A stretch of 64,000 bases of DNA. Origin: Phoronis australis. Its lineage: Eukaryota > Animalia > Phoronida. The DNA lies in the NCBI GenBank assembly GCA_002633005.1, contig NMRA01000649.1, positions 164,240 to 228,239 on the forward strand. Reading direction: 5' to 3'. Positions within the stretch are counted from its first letter, which is position 1, and the number at the start of each line of letters is the position of its first letter. The notes below the pieces were generated by a model. That model had not been told where the DNA came from. It ran no database searches and worked only from the letters and a program-made list of their open reading frames with translations. A program made the translations under genes and the position numbers. This document shows positions 26,165 to 38,415 of this stretch, in pieces.

Positions 26165-28163
26165 TTATTCTTTTAATATTCTTTCAATCTTGTTAAACCA
26201 GAGTTTTAACTCGGACACAGTTAATGTATATTTAAATTGTGCCCTCTCAGTTTTCATGACTTGACAAAAGGGTAGAATAGTTATATAGTCAGTGCAACCT
26301 AACTTGTCCATATATTCCAAATCTTCAATTTGGCTATCATCATACAGTATTTGCACTTTAGTGTATACTTTATGGCTTGAGTTTTAGTAAAAACTAAACT
26401 TAAACTAATGACACCTGTAGTGAAATGTTTAGTGTAGCTGTGATCTGGAAAATTTATTGATGGGTTCACAATTAACTGGACTAATTAAGTTTCGCCGGCA
26501 ATCAAAATATACCACTGTTTTGGTGCTTGAAGTTTAAGAATAAAATTAAAAGATATCGACCAACTCTTTCCCGATAAGAGAAAAAGACAGGAGCATTAAA
26601 AATAAAATTACAAAATCTGGTTTGAACCATATTTAAAACCATCGTTTCTTTGGGAAATGGCCCATAGTCAAGTTAAAAACAAATTAACTTTTTAGTAGTT
26701 TTGTGATATTTAATTCAACAACTTAAAACTACTATCCACAGTTGCAACCCATAAACAGTCTCAGCTGCAACTCCACAAACAACTTAGGTAAAATAACAAG
26801 CACTATTGTTGAGACAGCATTGCTACCTATTACCTTTCAACTTCATTAGCTCAGATCTACATCAATACAAAGGTCGAGCTGCAAGGCATCATTAAAGTTG
26901 TCTGGGGCTAAGGGAATCTGAGAAGAGACCAATGTAAGCAAGAAGTTCTCCACATGAACTCATGAGCTGTAGCAGCAAAGGTCTGCTTTTCATTTTCAAA
27001 TCATCTGAAAATGGAGACAAAAAGCAAAATATTTTGTATTTGATAGTGATTTTATTTTGGTTTTAAAGCTGGTTCACATTCACTTTTTTAAATTATTCTA
27101 TATCTGATATTTTACGAACACCTGATATTTTCAATATTTTCCACTTTAAATACAAAACTGATTTATAAGTTTTTCTTTTTGAGCATGTTTTACTTTTCCA
27201 ATGAACTTCTTTTCCTTTAAAAATATATTAATTTCTTAGTCATTAAATTAAAATTTGCTATTGGATGTTGGATGTCAACCAACTAACCAACTATCTGCCC
27301 TTTGTATAGCTTCATGATTTGATCACCAGTTGGGCAGCTATTAGACGTTCAATGTCAACCAACCCAACTATCTATCCCTTGTATAACTTCATGATTTGAC
27401 CACCAGGTGGGGCAGCTATTGTATGTTGGATGTCAACCAACTAACTACATGTTAGCTGTGTATGCCAGTGGTCATTTTACCACCTGGTGTGGCAGTTATT
27501 GAATGTTGGATGTCATACAACTAAATCTTAGCTGTATTTGCCAGTGATCGTTTGACCAGCAGATGGAGCAGCTATTGGATATTGAATGTCAACCAACTAA
27601 CTACATATTAATCCCATGGACCCTGGGCATGGCATGATAACCAAGATTTGTTGCTCTTGCTTTCAGTTCTCGTTGGACAGCGTCACGAACAGCACCAATA
27701 TTGTACTTATAACTTCCCCTACTTATGACTCGGCTTTTTAAGATGCGCCTTCATTGTCTTAAACTTATGTTCATGATTTTTGCAGTAATTTTAGAATTTC
27801 CAAGTGCTTTAATCCAATGTTAGTTATGATAATCTTCAATCAAGTCATCCCTATTTTCTTGAGTATCTCGTGGAAGGTAATCAAATGTTCAAGACATTGC
27901 GTAAATACATGTAACGTGTAGTGTTTTCAACCCGTGTGAAAATGTTGAACTTTAGGTCGACACTTTTTTGGCATCATTATCAAGTCCTGCTTGCGTACCG
28001 CGAAACACAGACGAAAATTATCTGGGTATCTCGAGATCCTGAGATAATTAATTCGGGATACCGAGTTCCCGAGATAATTAAGCCATGGTCTCGAGAACTC
28101 GCGATGATTAAGTCGGAATCTCGAGATAATGAGGTAGTTCGGTGTCATCTTTGGACCACCGTA
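26165..28163 (-). mobile_element. IS3EU-like DNA transposon relic (left boundary uncertain)
   Basis: Minus strand 27620-27870 reads RDDLIEDYHN/IGLKHLEILKLLQKIMNISLRQ*RRILKSR...AVRDAVQREL.....NLGYHAM; TACGG terminus at 28163; subterminal (tct)cgagataatt repeats at 28020-28130. Confidence 0.6.
27257..27607. repeat. Minisatellite, ~79-bp unit, about 4.5 copies
   Basis: Repeated gcagctattg.atgttggatgtcaaccaactaac. Confidence 0.85.
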
Positions 28164-29627
28164 AAAATACTATTGTTGCCCCAAATGTGTTTATGATGGT
28201 TTCATTATCTAGAGAAATATAGCATCAGCAGCGTGAGGCGAGTTCATTAAAAACAATCATGTGCGTGAGATCAAAGAGACCACGGCTGCAACGGGCACTG
28301 GGTGGGTTTTTAAATTCGCAGTATTTGCTTGATTATGTAAAGAGTCTTGCTCGACCGGTTTGAATTGTTCATGAACGTACAACTGGTTAAGGTTTTGAAT
28401 TTTGAAAATCGTAGTCGTGGAAATCTCTTCTATCAAGTTTGTTGTTCGTATGAAGTCTGCGAGGTTGTGCACCATTGATAAAAGCTTACAGAGAAGAACT
28501 TTCTTCGTTAAGCAAATATTTTTAATAGGTCTCTTTTTACTTTTACCGAAGGATGTGAACATGCTCGTCGGCATGATTTTCTCAGTGCACAAAAACACAC
28601 TGCAGATGTAGCTTCATGCTACAGAGGACATTGTATTGAAGTTTCGATCGAGTACTATATTTAAGGGAATTTCAATCCACCAATCCACAACCAAAACGTG
28701 CACTGTATGAATAACATATTGGTGATAACTTTCAGTTTGAAAATTAAAAAAGCCTGCGCATCACTATATGCTGGCAAGTATACGGAAAAATGCCGTTTTG
28801 TATGTTGATCGGTTTTAAGGCATTTACACCCTACTTTTTGGGACCTCTCGCTGTTACAGTATATAGTTCTAAGGCCCGTGTTACGCTCTTGCCGTACAGT
28901 CACCACGCACACTCAACGTGGTAGACTGTGGCTTATTACTGTCAGCAACATAAAGCGTCCCCTAATCGTCGTGTCCACGGACCTGTCATCTGGTACGCAA
29001 ATATGTAGCCATCTGGCGATGTTGGGTGGGTATCGCCCAGGTGATTATGTAAAGCGCTTGGATTCTGAACCTATTTTGAAGTTATTAGCAACTTGTTATT
29101 GTATTTAGTAGTGCCAGTAACAACTACAACAAATTTGTTGATATTGTTGCTCATCTATATCCTATGCGTAACGGTAATGCTGGGGCTGGATCTTGTCCGT
29201 GGGGAGGGAGTTTGATCAAGCCCCCTGAACCCCCCTGGCTACGTCTCTGGGATGGAACACAAGCCACTAGCTGATGTAAATCGACTAAAGAAATTTGTCG
29301 TACAATTCTGAGCATGTGACTTGGGCATTCGAGCTAAAAGAAAGCCACCAAATTTGTCTCATCGCCTCGCGGGGCTTTTTCCCAAAAGTGATAGAGACAT
29401 GAGCGTCGTTAGAATGCGATTTTATCATTCAAACAAAGTTTCAAATGGGCTTAGCGTTAGGTAACAGTCCCATTACTATCACACGGGAAATTAAAAGATT
29501 TGCCGGAAACAGGAAGAAACTTGGTACTCGCGGCTCACTTCTACCATCGGCTTTTCATGAGCAACACTGATACACAGTCCTTTCTTTCAACCCATCTTCT
29601 TGTTGCATCAAGCGATTCAATGAAGCA

Positions 29628-29778
29628 AGAGTGTTCAGTAACGCTACTACCTACACTGGGACCTCGCTAACAATCAAGACTTCGCGAGATTACGGGAGAA
29701 TTTTCCGTGTACATAAAATGAGAACATGTGATTTTGGCTATATTTTCGAGGCGCGAGACACTGATCTTCTGAACTCTA
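29628..29778. repeat. Short TIR element (gttcagtaacgcta..ctgaactcta family)
   Basis: Related to copies at ~34282-34422 and 34634-34766. Confidence 0.55.
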
Positions 29779-30037
29779 TTTAGGTTCAAAAGTATGTAAA
29801 GTTCCAGCTCCCAAACAGTTCTTTATTTGGAAGATACAGGTATAGACAGCACCTCCAAGATCGGTTTTCATGAGTTTTGAGGGAACACCTAGTTAGACCA
29901 GCAATGTCTCAATCAACAAACCAAGTTTCTTTGTATTAAAAGCTAAAACGTTCAAATAGATTCAATTGCCTTGTTTACCAGCACATTAATATTCCCATCG
30001 TTCTGCCACACAGGTTCAAAAACTGTTCTGTTTTTTG

Positions 30038-31852
30038 GACTTGTCATACTTATGTGCTCGAGCGAGCTACCTTTTTGGAGAACTGGAAAAAGGTCTACCT
30101 CAGTCACAGAAGCACGAATTGGGAAAAAAATAGAAAATGAGACAATATTCTACTAGAAGACAGGAAGTACCAAAATTTAGAGTCTGCAATTCATAGCTCT
30201 GAACATACCCAATGAATCTTATAGTAAAAGATAGACATTCCCAAAAATTCCAGCCCCCTCCCCATTCTTGGTGCGCTCATACAAAGTCTGGGAAAATCTC
30301 TATTGAAAGCCAACAACTTTGCACAGTTCGCCAGAAGTACCCAAGTTCTAAATAAACCTCGTTTGAGCGAGCACTGTGGCCACCGACCAGTTAGGCCTAA
30401 GGGTAGACTTGGCGCAAAGCTGTATAGGCCTACTAACAAGCTGTATTTTGACGATAGTCTTCACTGGTAGCTGGTGACCTACTCCCAGCTGGTGACTGAG
30501 GCTAACTAAGGTCTGCCGCGGCAGTGTGACACAGGACTAACCAGCCCGTAATTTCATGCAAGTGTCTGAAAATACCCTTGAATATACGCAGCATTTATGA
30601 TTTGACCATTTTACTTCGAAAAAACAGCTTGCAACCGCATACATTTACCGTTCGCCAGTGTCTGGTCTCGATCCGCACCGTGTCCGATAGGCTACGGCCC
30701 CGAGCCTGGCAAAATAATTTCTGTCAAAATTTTTTCGCCACATTTCTTCAGCAAATTCGATAAAATTGCCCTTAGTTTGATTTTATTAAAATTAAGGCGC
30801 GCTGTCGATTATTTTATCCCCGTTTGCTGGCTGGTAACAGTACAGACACTGCTCTAGTCGCACTGACGGCGTTTTCTTGGAATGTGTTCCTGAATGAATT
30901 GTACTTCCGGGTTCGCGGCAAGTTCAAAATGGCGGTGGTTCTTCGGGTGCGAATCGCAGAATGGTGAATGTTGTCCAAATCCCCTTTTGTCCACTGACGT
31001 CACACGCATGCTGGCGCCCCCAGTGGAGGCCATGAGAACTCGTAAACCGAGTTAACCACTGATTTAGTCTATCAGTACGGACCAAGTAACATCAGACGAG
31101 TCACAGATTTGGATAATTCTATGTATCGTGACTTTCGTCAATCCTCAAAATCTAAGAATGAAGAATGTTTTTGTGGTATGTTACATAGTGAATTCTGAAG
31201 CTGCGGCATGATAAATAATTTTGGTCAGTTGAGTGTCTGAACTGAGTCCTGCGTCCGCGTGTACTGCGGCCTACTGCGAATGGCCACGATACTTAAGTAT
31301 GCAGAGGTTGTGAAAACTTTATGTTTGAGCTTCTCATGATTTACGGCAGTGATAAGACGTCTGCTGCCTGTGAGTTGAATGCGGCCGAGCATTCGGTTAT
31401 TTTGTTTTTCATATTAAAATATTGAAAGTTATGTCGACCAAAATGGTATGTTTTGTTCATTCTAAGTCGGCGAGTCGCATTTGCCAAAGGTTTGCCTAAA
31501 AATCCGTAAATAATTCCATTCAAGATCGGTATAGACTATCTTTGTTTGATACAAATGATGTCAGTCATCACCCTGAGTCGAGTTACCAGTTGTGTAAACG
31601 AACTGCAGATTCTACAAGGGCAGGCTACCAGTGCAAAGTCTCCTAACCTCCATTGGGGGGCGCCAGCATGCGTGTGACGTCACTGGCCAAAGGGGGATTC
31701 GGCCAACATTCGACATTCTGCGCGCGAATCGTGAGTGGCGCGTTCATTTAAACCTTTTTCGAGTACGGGTTATGTATTAGTTATGGGGTAAGTAGTTCTT
31801 GGATCCTTATAACATCCTCTAACCATGTAATAAGGGCTAACAACGCGTGACA
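30038..31852. repeat. Interspersed non-autonomous element, inverted homologue of 60315-61343, interrupted by a MITE
   Basis: Near-continuous reverse-complement similarity over 30038-30956 and 31724-31852; ORF-track peptides 30578-30763 (+) and 60504-60824 (-) are nearly identical. Confidence 0.85.
30957..31720. mobile_element. MITE with ~75-bp TIRs
   Basis: cagaatg..gaatgttg.cc.aatcccc.ttt..cca.tgacgtcacacgcatgctggcgccccc inverted at both ends; GCGAATCG on both flanks (3-nt offset on the right); absent from the paralogous copy at ~60445. Confidence 0.8.
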
Positions 31853-32370
31853 GAAGGACTTTAAAATCGGTTTCGGGATGTTTGTCATACTATCTCTTGG
31901 CAAGTGTCACATTCAGCATTTGTCAGGTGTCAAAAAGCGTCTCATTTGTAGGTCATTGTGACCATCTGAAGACACAAATTCATGTACATGTGTGTTACAA
32001 TGTTGAAACAGTATTTTTTACAAACAAGTGTGAACTTTTTAAAGTCAATAATGGGTCTTTATAGTTTAATCATTGGATAGAAATATCAATTTACAAACAA
32101 CTACTGTGAATTTTTAGAAGTCAAGTGATGGTTCTTAATAATTTAGCCATTAAGACAGAAAACTGACTATTTTCCCTATAAAAGAATGCCATGGAATGAG
32201 TTTATGAAATAGAAAGTTAGTTTTGTTCATGCTCGGATAACCTATGGAGAATCGTATGACAAAAATATTCCCAAAATAATAATCATTTCTTGTGATTTTT
32301 ATCAAAACCATTGTTCGTGATATGTCATTAGGCGCAGTTGTTGCTTAGAGTGTAATATGTTCTTGTTTGA

Positions 32371-32651
32371 TTTGTCCAGAAACATCGAGAAAAATACGAA
32401 TCGTATGTTGTTGGCAAAAACTGGGAAGCCTATATCGCCGCCATGTCAAGAGATACAACTTGGGTTGATCACCCTGCCTTAAAGGCTGCAGCGAGGTCCT
32501 CGATGTGAAACTACACATACTGCAAATTTCTTCAGATGATGACAAAAAGTCAATTGAAAACATCATCAACGAACAAGCTGAAGGTCCTACGTTTCTACTT
32601 GGTCACGAAGACGAAATTCATTATGAGAGTCTTATGCCAGTGTCGCCCTGA
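32371..32651 (+). pseudogene. C-terminal half of an OTU deubiquitinase domain (one frameshift)
   Basis: FVQKHREKYESYVVGKNWEAYIAAMSRDTTWVDHPALKAAA / EVLDVKLHILQI...PTFLLGHEDEIHYESL; not shown in the ORF track. Confidence 0.75.
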
Positions 32652-33444
32652 AACCAGTGTACGGTTTGCACTCATTGGCATGACTCATACCGGGCACGTT
32701 TATTTAGCATTCAAATACATGAAGTGTCTTTCGTACTACATCGGCAGCATGTTGGTTGGAACCTACCAGACGAGTTCATTATGTCAGATTAACGAAGGTG
32801 ATAAAGGAAGGTTTATTTAATGTTTTGCTGGACCTTATTGACAAGTTTGTGTACTTAGTCAAATATCTATAAAACTGGTAAATTTTGACACGGTGACAGT
32901 GAATCTTCTGAAAATAGAAAGCTTGTAAAATTTGATTTCAGACTTTTTCCAGTGTAACATTAGTTGGGTCAAGTGATCACGTATTTCAATAGAATGTAGC
33001 AAAAAACAAAGGTACATCTAGAGCAAAATGACAGTATCAACAATATAACCAAATTTTAGTTGATGTAAATATTCAACATGAAATCTAAAAAACGCTGTTA
33101 CTGTTTTCTCCATTATCGTTTTCGTTTCATACAATTTCCATTGTTTCAAGGAAATCGTAACAGCCCTATTATTGTCAGTTCCTCATGCAAATGTGGAATA
33201 TTTTAAATCCAACTGTCAACAGCTTTTTGGAGAACAGTGCATAAGGCACACTATTTGAGGGCACTCTTGGAAAGCAATGCTGACTCCGAAGAAGCCATCC
33301 TAGTATTTAAAAAAATATGAAACTCGCATAGGAATCCGACTGCCAGTCGAGATACAGGATATTCCGAAGTTAGCCAAAGTTTTCTAGGGTAGGATAAAAC
33401 CTTCTTACAATGACTTTAATACATACACAAAGCGTATCGATAGT

Positions 33445-34182
33445 GGCGTGCGTGAAGTAATATCCCACGAAACATTATTCCACGTATCGACTGAGACCGA
33501 AGGTCAAGGTGGATACGTGGAATAATGTCTAGTGGGATATTAATTTATGTACGCCAATCGAGGTACGTTTTGTATTTATCCCATACGTTTAGAATTTGAA
33601 AGTTTCTTTCAATTTTCCTCAGGTTTTCTAAATACTTCTCTCAGGCTGTTCACGTTGTGGATCACATCCTATCTGTGTGTACTTACGCCGCTAGGTTGCA
33701 AGTTTTCTGCAGTAAAAGAGACAGTTTTAAATGTAGCGATCTATTACTTGAAAAGAGACAACGGAGAAAAAAAAAGCAACGGCAACTCAGCACTGAACTT
33801 GTAACATCTTCTGAAAATAGTTAAATAACAACAATATTTGATATTGTAGTTACCGTGGAATCGGCGCCTGAGTTGCAGTCGATATAATATTTAGCAAATG
33901 AAAACAGAGAGAACTGTCATATAATTAACAGTCCTGTTCCGGATGTTACGGTGGAGACTTGATTGCATGTTGAGTGTTACTCACACTGTTGCAATTGCAT
34001 TACTTTAAACTATTTTCTTAAAGTTTGATGATCGAACCGGCTATCAACGTCGAATCGACATTGACTTTCCTTTTGAACTTTTCGTTTCACACGTCGCTGT
34101 TAAAGTAGTGCTGGAAGTGAATACGGAAAACATTATCACATGGCCGTATTTCCCTTTACTGATTCAACGCGTATGGGATAAA
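33445..34182. mobile_element. Palindrome-headed non-autonomous element (Crypton-like, tentative)
   Basis: ~110-bp hairpin at 33445-33555 (taatatcccac..aacattattccacgtatc / gatacgtggaataatgt..agtgggatatta) around gaccgaaggtc; inverted pair tttatcccatacg (33575) and cgtatgggataaa (34170). Confidence 0.5.
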
Positions 34183-34281
34183 GGTTATTACGGTGGTTCT
34201 TTTCTTTATATTGATATTACGTGTGTGCAACTAGAATGACTATTGACTGTAGGAGTGTATATAAAACTGAGACCCGCCTCC

Positions 34282-34766
34282 CGTTCAGTAACGCTAGGAC
34301 CTCGCTTAAAAGCAAGACTTGTGAGATGACGTGAGACCCTGCCGTGTACTTCAAACGAAAGCACGTGACGTTAGATAGATTTTAGCTAGGTAGTAGCGTA
34401 GGTCCTAGCGGTTACTGAACTCTTGTCATGCATAGCCAAATGTCACGAAGACTTGCATGATCTCGTTTTTATCGCTAGAAACTTGTTCTACGGAATAAAA
34501 TCACAACCATGGCTTTTCCCGTAACCCCAAGACATTTGCCAACCTTTTGCGCGAAATCTTGGTTTATCCTATAACTGGACATTTCAACCTCTCATTTAGT
34601 GGCCGCCACATTGCTAGGTTACATTAGTCATGGTAGAGTTCAGCAAGGTTAGGACATGGTTAAAAGAAAGTATTCGCGAGATTACGTGGGACATTGTCGT
34701 GTATTTTAAATTAGTACGCATGATTTTGGCGAGATTTTAGCGAGGTGCTAGCGTTACTGAACTCTA
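34282..34766. repeat. Two short TIR elements (tagagttcag...ctgaactcta)
   Basis: 34634-34766 has 10-bp perfect TIRs; ~34282-34422 is a related copy. Confidence 0.6.
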
Positions 34767-36639
34767 CCCAGGTCTTGAGCATAGTTGAAAAGCATGAATA
34801 GGCCTTCACTTACGTGATTTTGTTTTTTGGTGAGATTCTTCCATCTACAAAACACAGCACGTCTGTGTTGCCAGTTGTTTACTACCTTATCAGATTCGCT
34901 CGTCTTTTCGGTGCAGGCTACATGTTTACCTTCCAGTGAAAATGTTTTCGTCTGCAAATTGAAAGATGGACATTTTAACACATTGCATTGTGGAAAAAAG
35001 CACGATTTTTGTGGCTTGTCATGTTCCCAGAATATTTCGTTTAGCCAGATCTTCTCAGGTATGATTTTCTTATAGGTAAAATCCAACTTTTTGAAAATTT
35101 GAAGACAAGCCTGTGAAATATTTGATGAAGTCCCAAGTGCTCTGACCTTCAACTATTTTCAATGTGAAAACACTAGTTTAGTAATTTTCGGGCTTTGGGA
35201 AAAGCGGGAAGCTCTTTTTGGTGTAGATTGAACACCATACATGGAAATTGATATGGATACCAGATTTAGCATATAAACCGAATTCGATTTGACAATCAGC
35301 TCAGTATTCATTGACTCGTTCCGTGTCCGAAAGCTACAGTATATGCTCGTTACTTAAATAATTTCAAGACATTTTGAATGGGACAGAGAGCACTTAAAAA
35401 ACGTAAAGCTTAACTTTGGGGAAAATGGTACAGACTTAGTTTATGGTGTGCTGTTTAAGTTTATGTTATGATGTGCTTTAGATAACTGTTTTGATTTGTA
35501 ATGACAGGGTTTTAGCAATCATAATTATTCATTGTCCAGTTCAGATTAGCGGAGGGCTGGAGATATATACAGCTCTACCAAACAGAGTCGGTCTTTTAAA
35601 GAGATTGGAAGGCTAACATATCTGTTGCTATTGTATCGGTTTAGGGTGTAGTTGGTGTGAATGAAAATGATTAGGATAGTCAGTGTGGGATTTTTTGAAT
35701 AAATATATACATGTAGCATTTGAAGAATATACTGTAATCTATGTTGTATCGGGTGGGACCGTTGAGTTCTGTACAAAGCGAAATCCAGAGAATGTTTTGT
35801 CTTGCATGAAATTCGTTCAGCCCCGTCTATAAGATCGCTGGATGCCATTTTGGAAAACTCAAATAAACGAAATTCCAAAGCGGAAAGATAACTTCACACT
35901 ATTCATCGCTTAGCGTTACTTTTCGTTTTTGTCCCCTTGGTTGAGGTGTCCCCGTGCGTTTGTGATTGGATTTGCTCAAAGGTAAACGAATTTGATCATC
36001 GCTGCGCTGACCCAAATTGTCACAACAGCTCAACTTGACACATCTTTGGAATTTTAATAATTTGACTCAGCACTCGCAGCTCCAATCTCACAATTTGCCA
36101 AAATTGTTTCCGACAGACTTGCGTGTGAAAATATGTGCCTGTACTATGCAACTCAGGAAGCCACCACAGTTACCGAACGTTTCACTAAAAGGCTGCGCCC
36201 TCCTCATCGCAAGCTATGGCTTGTGGACAAGGTGGGCTGAGGTGGAGCTTGTGTCCCTTATTTTTCAAAACGTTCTTGGTAAATTTAACTAGAATTGCAT
36301 ATACAACTGGCGTGCGAAATGCTGTTAGAAAATACTCGAATTAGACATGTTTTCAAATTTACTCAGAACTCAGATGAACCCTCGCATACTTCCTGGGCTG
36401 TATAGTATCAACTAATTGCTTAATCATAAAAAACTAAGAACCATAGGGGCCCATCTGTCGTCAAATCTCGTGTAGTCGCAATTTCTATAGAATATATATT
36501 TTCCCCTCTGCCAAACTTTGAAACCCAGTTGTTCTTAAAACGAGTGATTACGGCCCGGCCACAGCATACCCTGGCGGAAGTATTTATTAGGACAATGACT
36601 TGACATTATTATTCATCGGTTTGTATTTCTGCGTGTTAC

Positions 36640-37532
36640 TAAAATTACTCATTGGAAAAGCTTATTACTCCAAAGGTTCATAACTCCGAAGTTTGACTAC
36701 TGCGAAGGTTCACTACTCTGAAAGTTCACTACTTTGGACGGTCACTACTTCAAAAATATAAGACATTCCGGTTTCGGGAGTAATTTTATACAGGCAGCAA
36801 AAATATGCGATACTTCGGTTATTAGACACAGTGATGTACCTATACTGCATACCGAAAACAAGGCCCATTTACTAAAACACTTTATGTGGGCTTAATTTCT
36901 TTTCCATGCAAAACCGGGCTCCAAAGCATGTCTTATAAATACGAAAAAATGAGTAGGTACTTGGATTTTTATGAGAATATGGAGTGGAAATATTGAGCTA
37001 TCAATCACAATACAAACACCAAGTCCGTGTCAAGATCCCACAATTTTATTCAGCGCCATTGAAATGTTTAACCGTTGCGCCTCAATCTCACCCACAGCGT
37101 CTAATCCACGAGAATAACTAAATATAGTAGGCTACACTGTCGCTGCAAGTCTTCATCAATACATAGTCCTACCCAATATTTTCCAGTTTAAATATGCCCG
37201 TAGGTCGCCGTAGCTGTGAAATAATACATGTATATCCCAGTGTCCTGGTGTTGTCCCTGTTCAGTGAAAATGAGTCGTTTTACTGAAGAATCACCACTGT
37301 TAGTGATTGCTGTGGAATTTAGCTCATTTCCACACAATATTTAAGAAGACATAAAAAAATTATACACACTTTTTTAATGGTTATTAAAGGCGCACAGATA
37401 CAATATTTTTGCATGTCAGTTCTACCTAATTTACAGACATTGAGAGTAGTAAACTGTTGGAGTAATGAGTCTGCTTTCGGCCAGTACTAAGCATTCGGGG
37501 TAATGAACCTTCGGAGTAGTGACAGGTAACCT
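36640..37532. mobile_element. TIR element with ~17-bp subterminal tandem repeats
   Basis: Left arrays of actactccgaaggttc; right inverted arrays gaaccttcggagtagtgac. Confidence 0.55.
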
Positions 37533-38162
37533 TGGAAGTATATGCCATCAAGTTTGTTTCTCGTACAAAGTCTACGAGGTTGTGCATAAATGACAATAGT
37601 TACAAGGGAAGATTGAATAAAGATTTTAATAGGTCTAAATCCTCTTTTCCGAATAACATGAACATTCGTGTCAGGATTTTCTCAGTGCTAAACTCTGTTG
37701 TTAAATGGTTTTTAAGCAAGGACGGAGCACTTCCTAGTTCTGAATTTAAAAGAAATAATGAAAACGCAAACACGTGTGAACATAGGGATATCAATCCATC
37801 AACTCAAAACCAGAGCGTGCACTGGATGAACGACGTAATCGACAATCACTCTATTGAAGGGGAAGGCAACCTTTTTCGTATCATTTTTAATAAAAACAAG
37901 GTTAGTATATTATCCCAAACGCATGCTTCAGTTAATTACGGCTCTTCATAATTTTATTAATTAGCCGTGCACTACCCGGAAGTATCATTTAGGGGTTAAG
38001 AATTTCTCGCCATTTTGTTTCTAGTGCGTTCGAGTTACTGTGAGAATCATTTCTAGTGTTGTTTTTTGCTGGTCTCCTAAAATTGTCGTCACCACTTCTC
38101 ATCTACGATTATTCTACGACAACCTAGGTTGCTAGATAACTTAATTACGCTGTAGCTAGGAA

Positions 38163-38366
38163 TGTTTTAGTTTGTAGAAGAAGTGGGTGAATATTGTTGG
38201 TGTTAAGCTTTGTATCAGCCGCCAGGCGTCTCTGGTGTTTAACCTCTCCCCACTAGCTGGAGGAGCATTCCAGAACGTCCATGTTGGTGGATTGTTCACG
38301 TTTATTGTGCTGACGAATATAATCACTTGTTAGGGACATTTGCGTTGTCATTAAGCGAACTAACTA
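38163..38366 (+). repeat. Probable 5' LTR of the Copia element (start approximate)
   Basis: TG-starting ~200-bp segment immediately before the PBS; no 3' LTR available to confirm. Confidence 0.4.
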
Positions 38367-38367
38367 A

Positions 38368-38377
38368 TGGTAGCAGA
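38368..38377 (+). promoter_or_regulatory. Primer-binding site (tRNA-Met type)
   Basis: TGGTAGCAGA starting 48 bp upstream of the gag ATG; this is the PBS typical of GalEa Copia elements. Confidence 0.75.
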
Positions 38378-38415
38378 TTTATAAGATCTTCGGGTACAGG
38401 TGAATAGCATTCAAA

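Noticed and set aside
27257-27607. Repeat-spacer-like array (CRISPR?)
   Set aside because: The intervening segments are homologous to each other, there are no cas genes, and the context is eukaryotic; it is a minisatellite.
28400-28470. SRGNLFYQV as the missing OTU Cys-box exon
   Set aside because: Lacks the catalytic Cys and clear splice sites; too weak.
33224-35058. Further possible exons (33224-33388, 34801-35058)
   Set aside because: Splice-like boundaries, but no identifiable domain and stops in most frames.
37532-37951. 139-aa ORF
   Set aside because: No recognisable motif in any frame.
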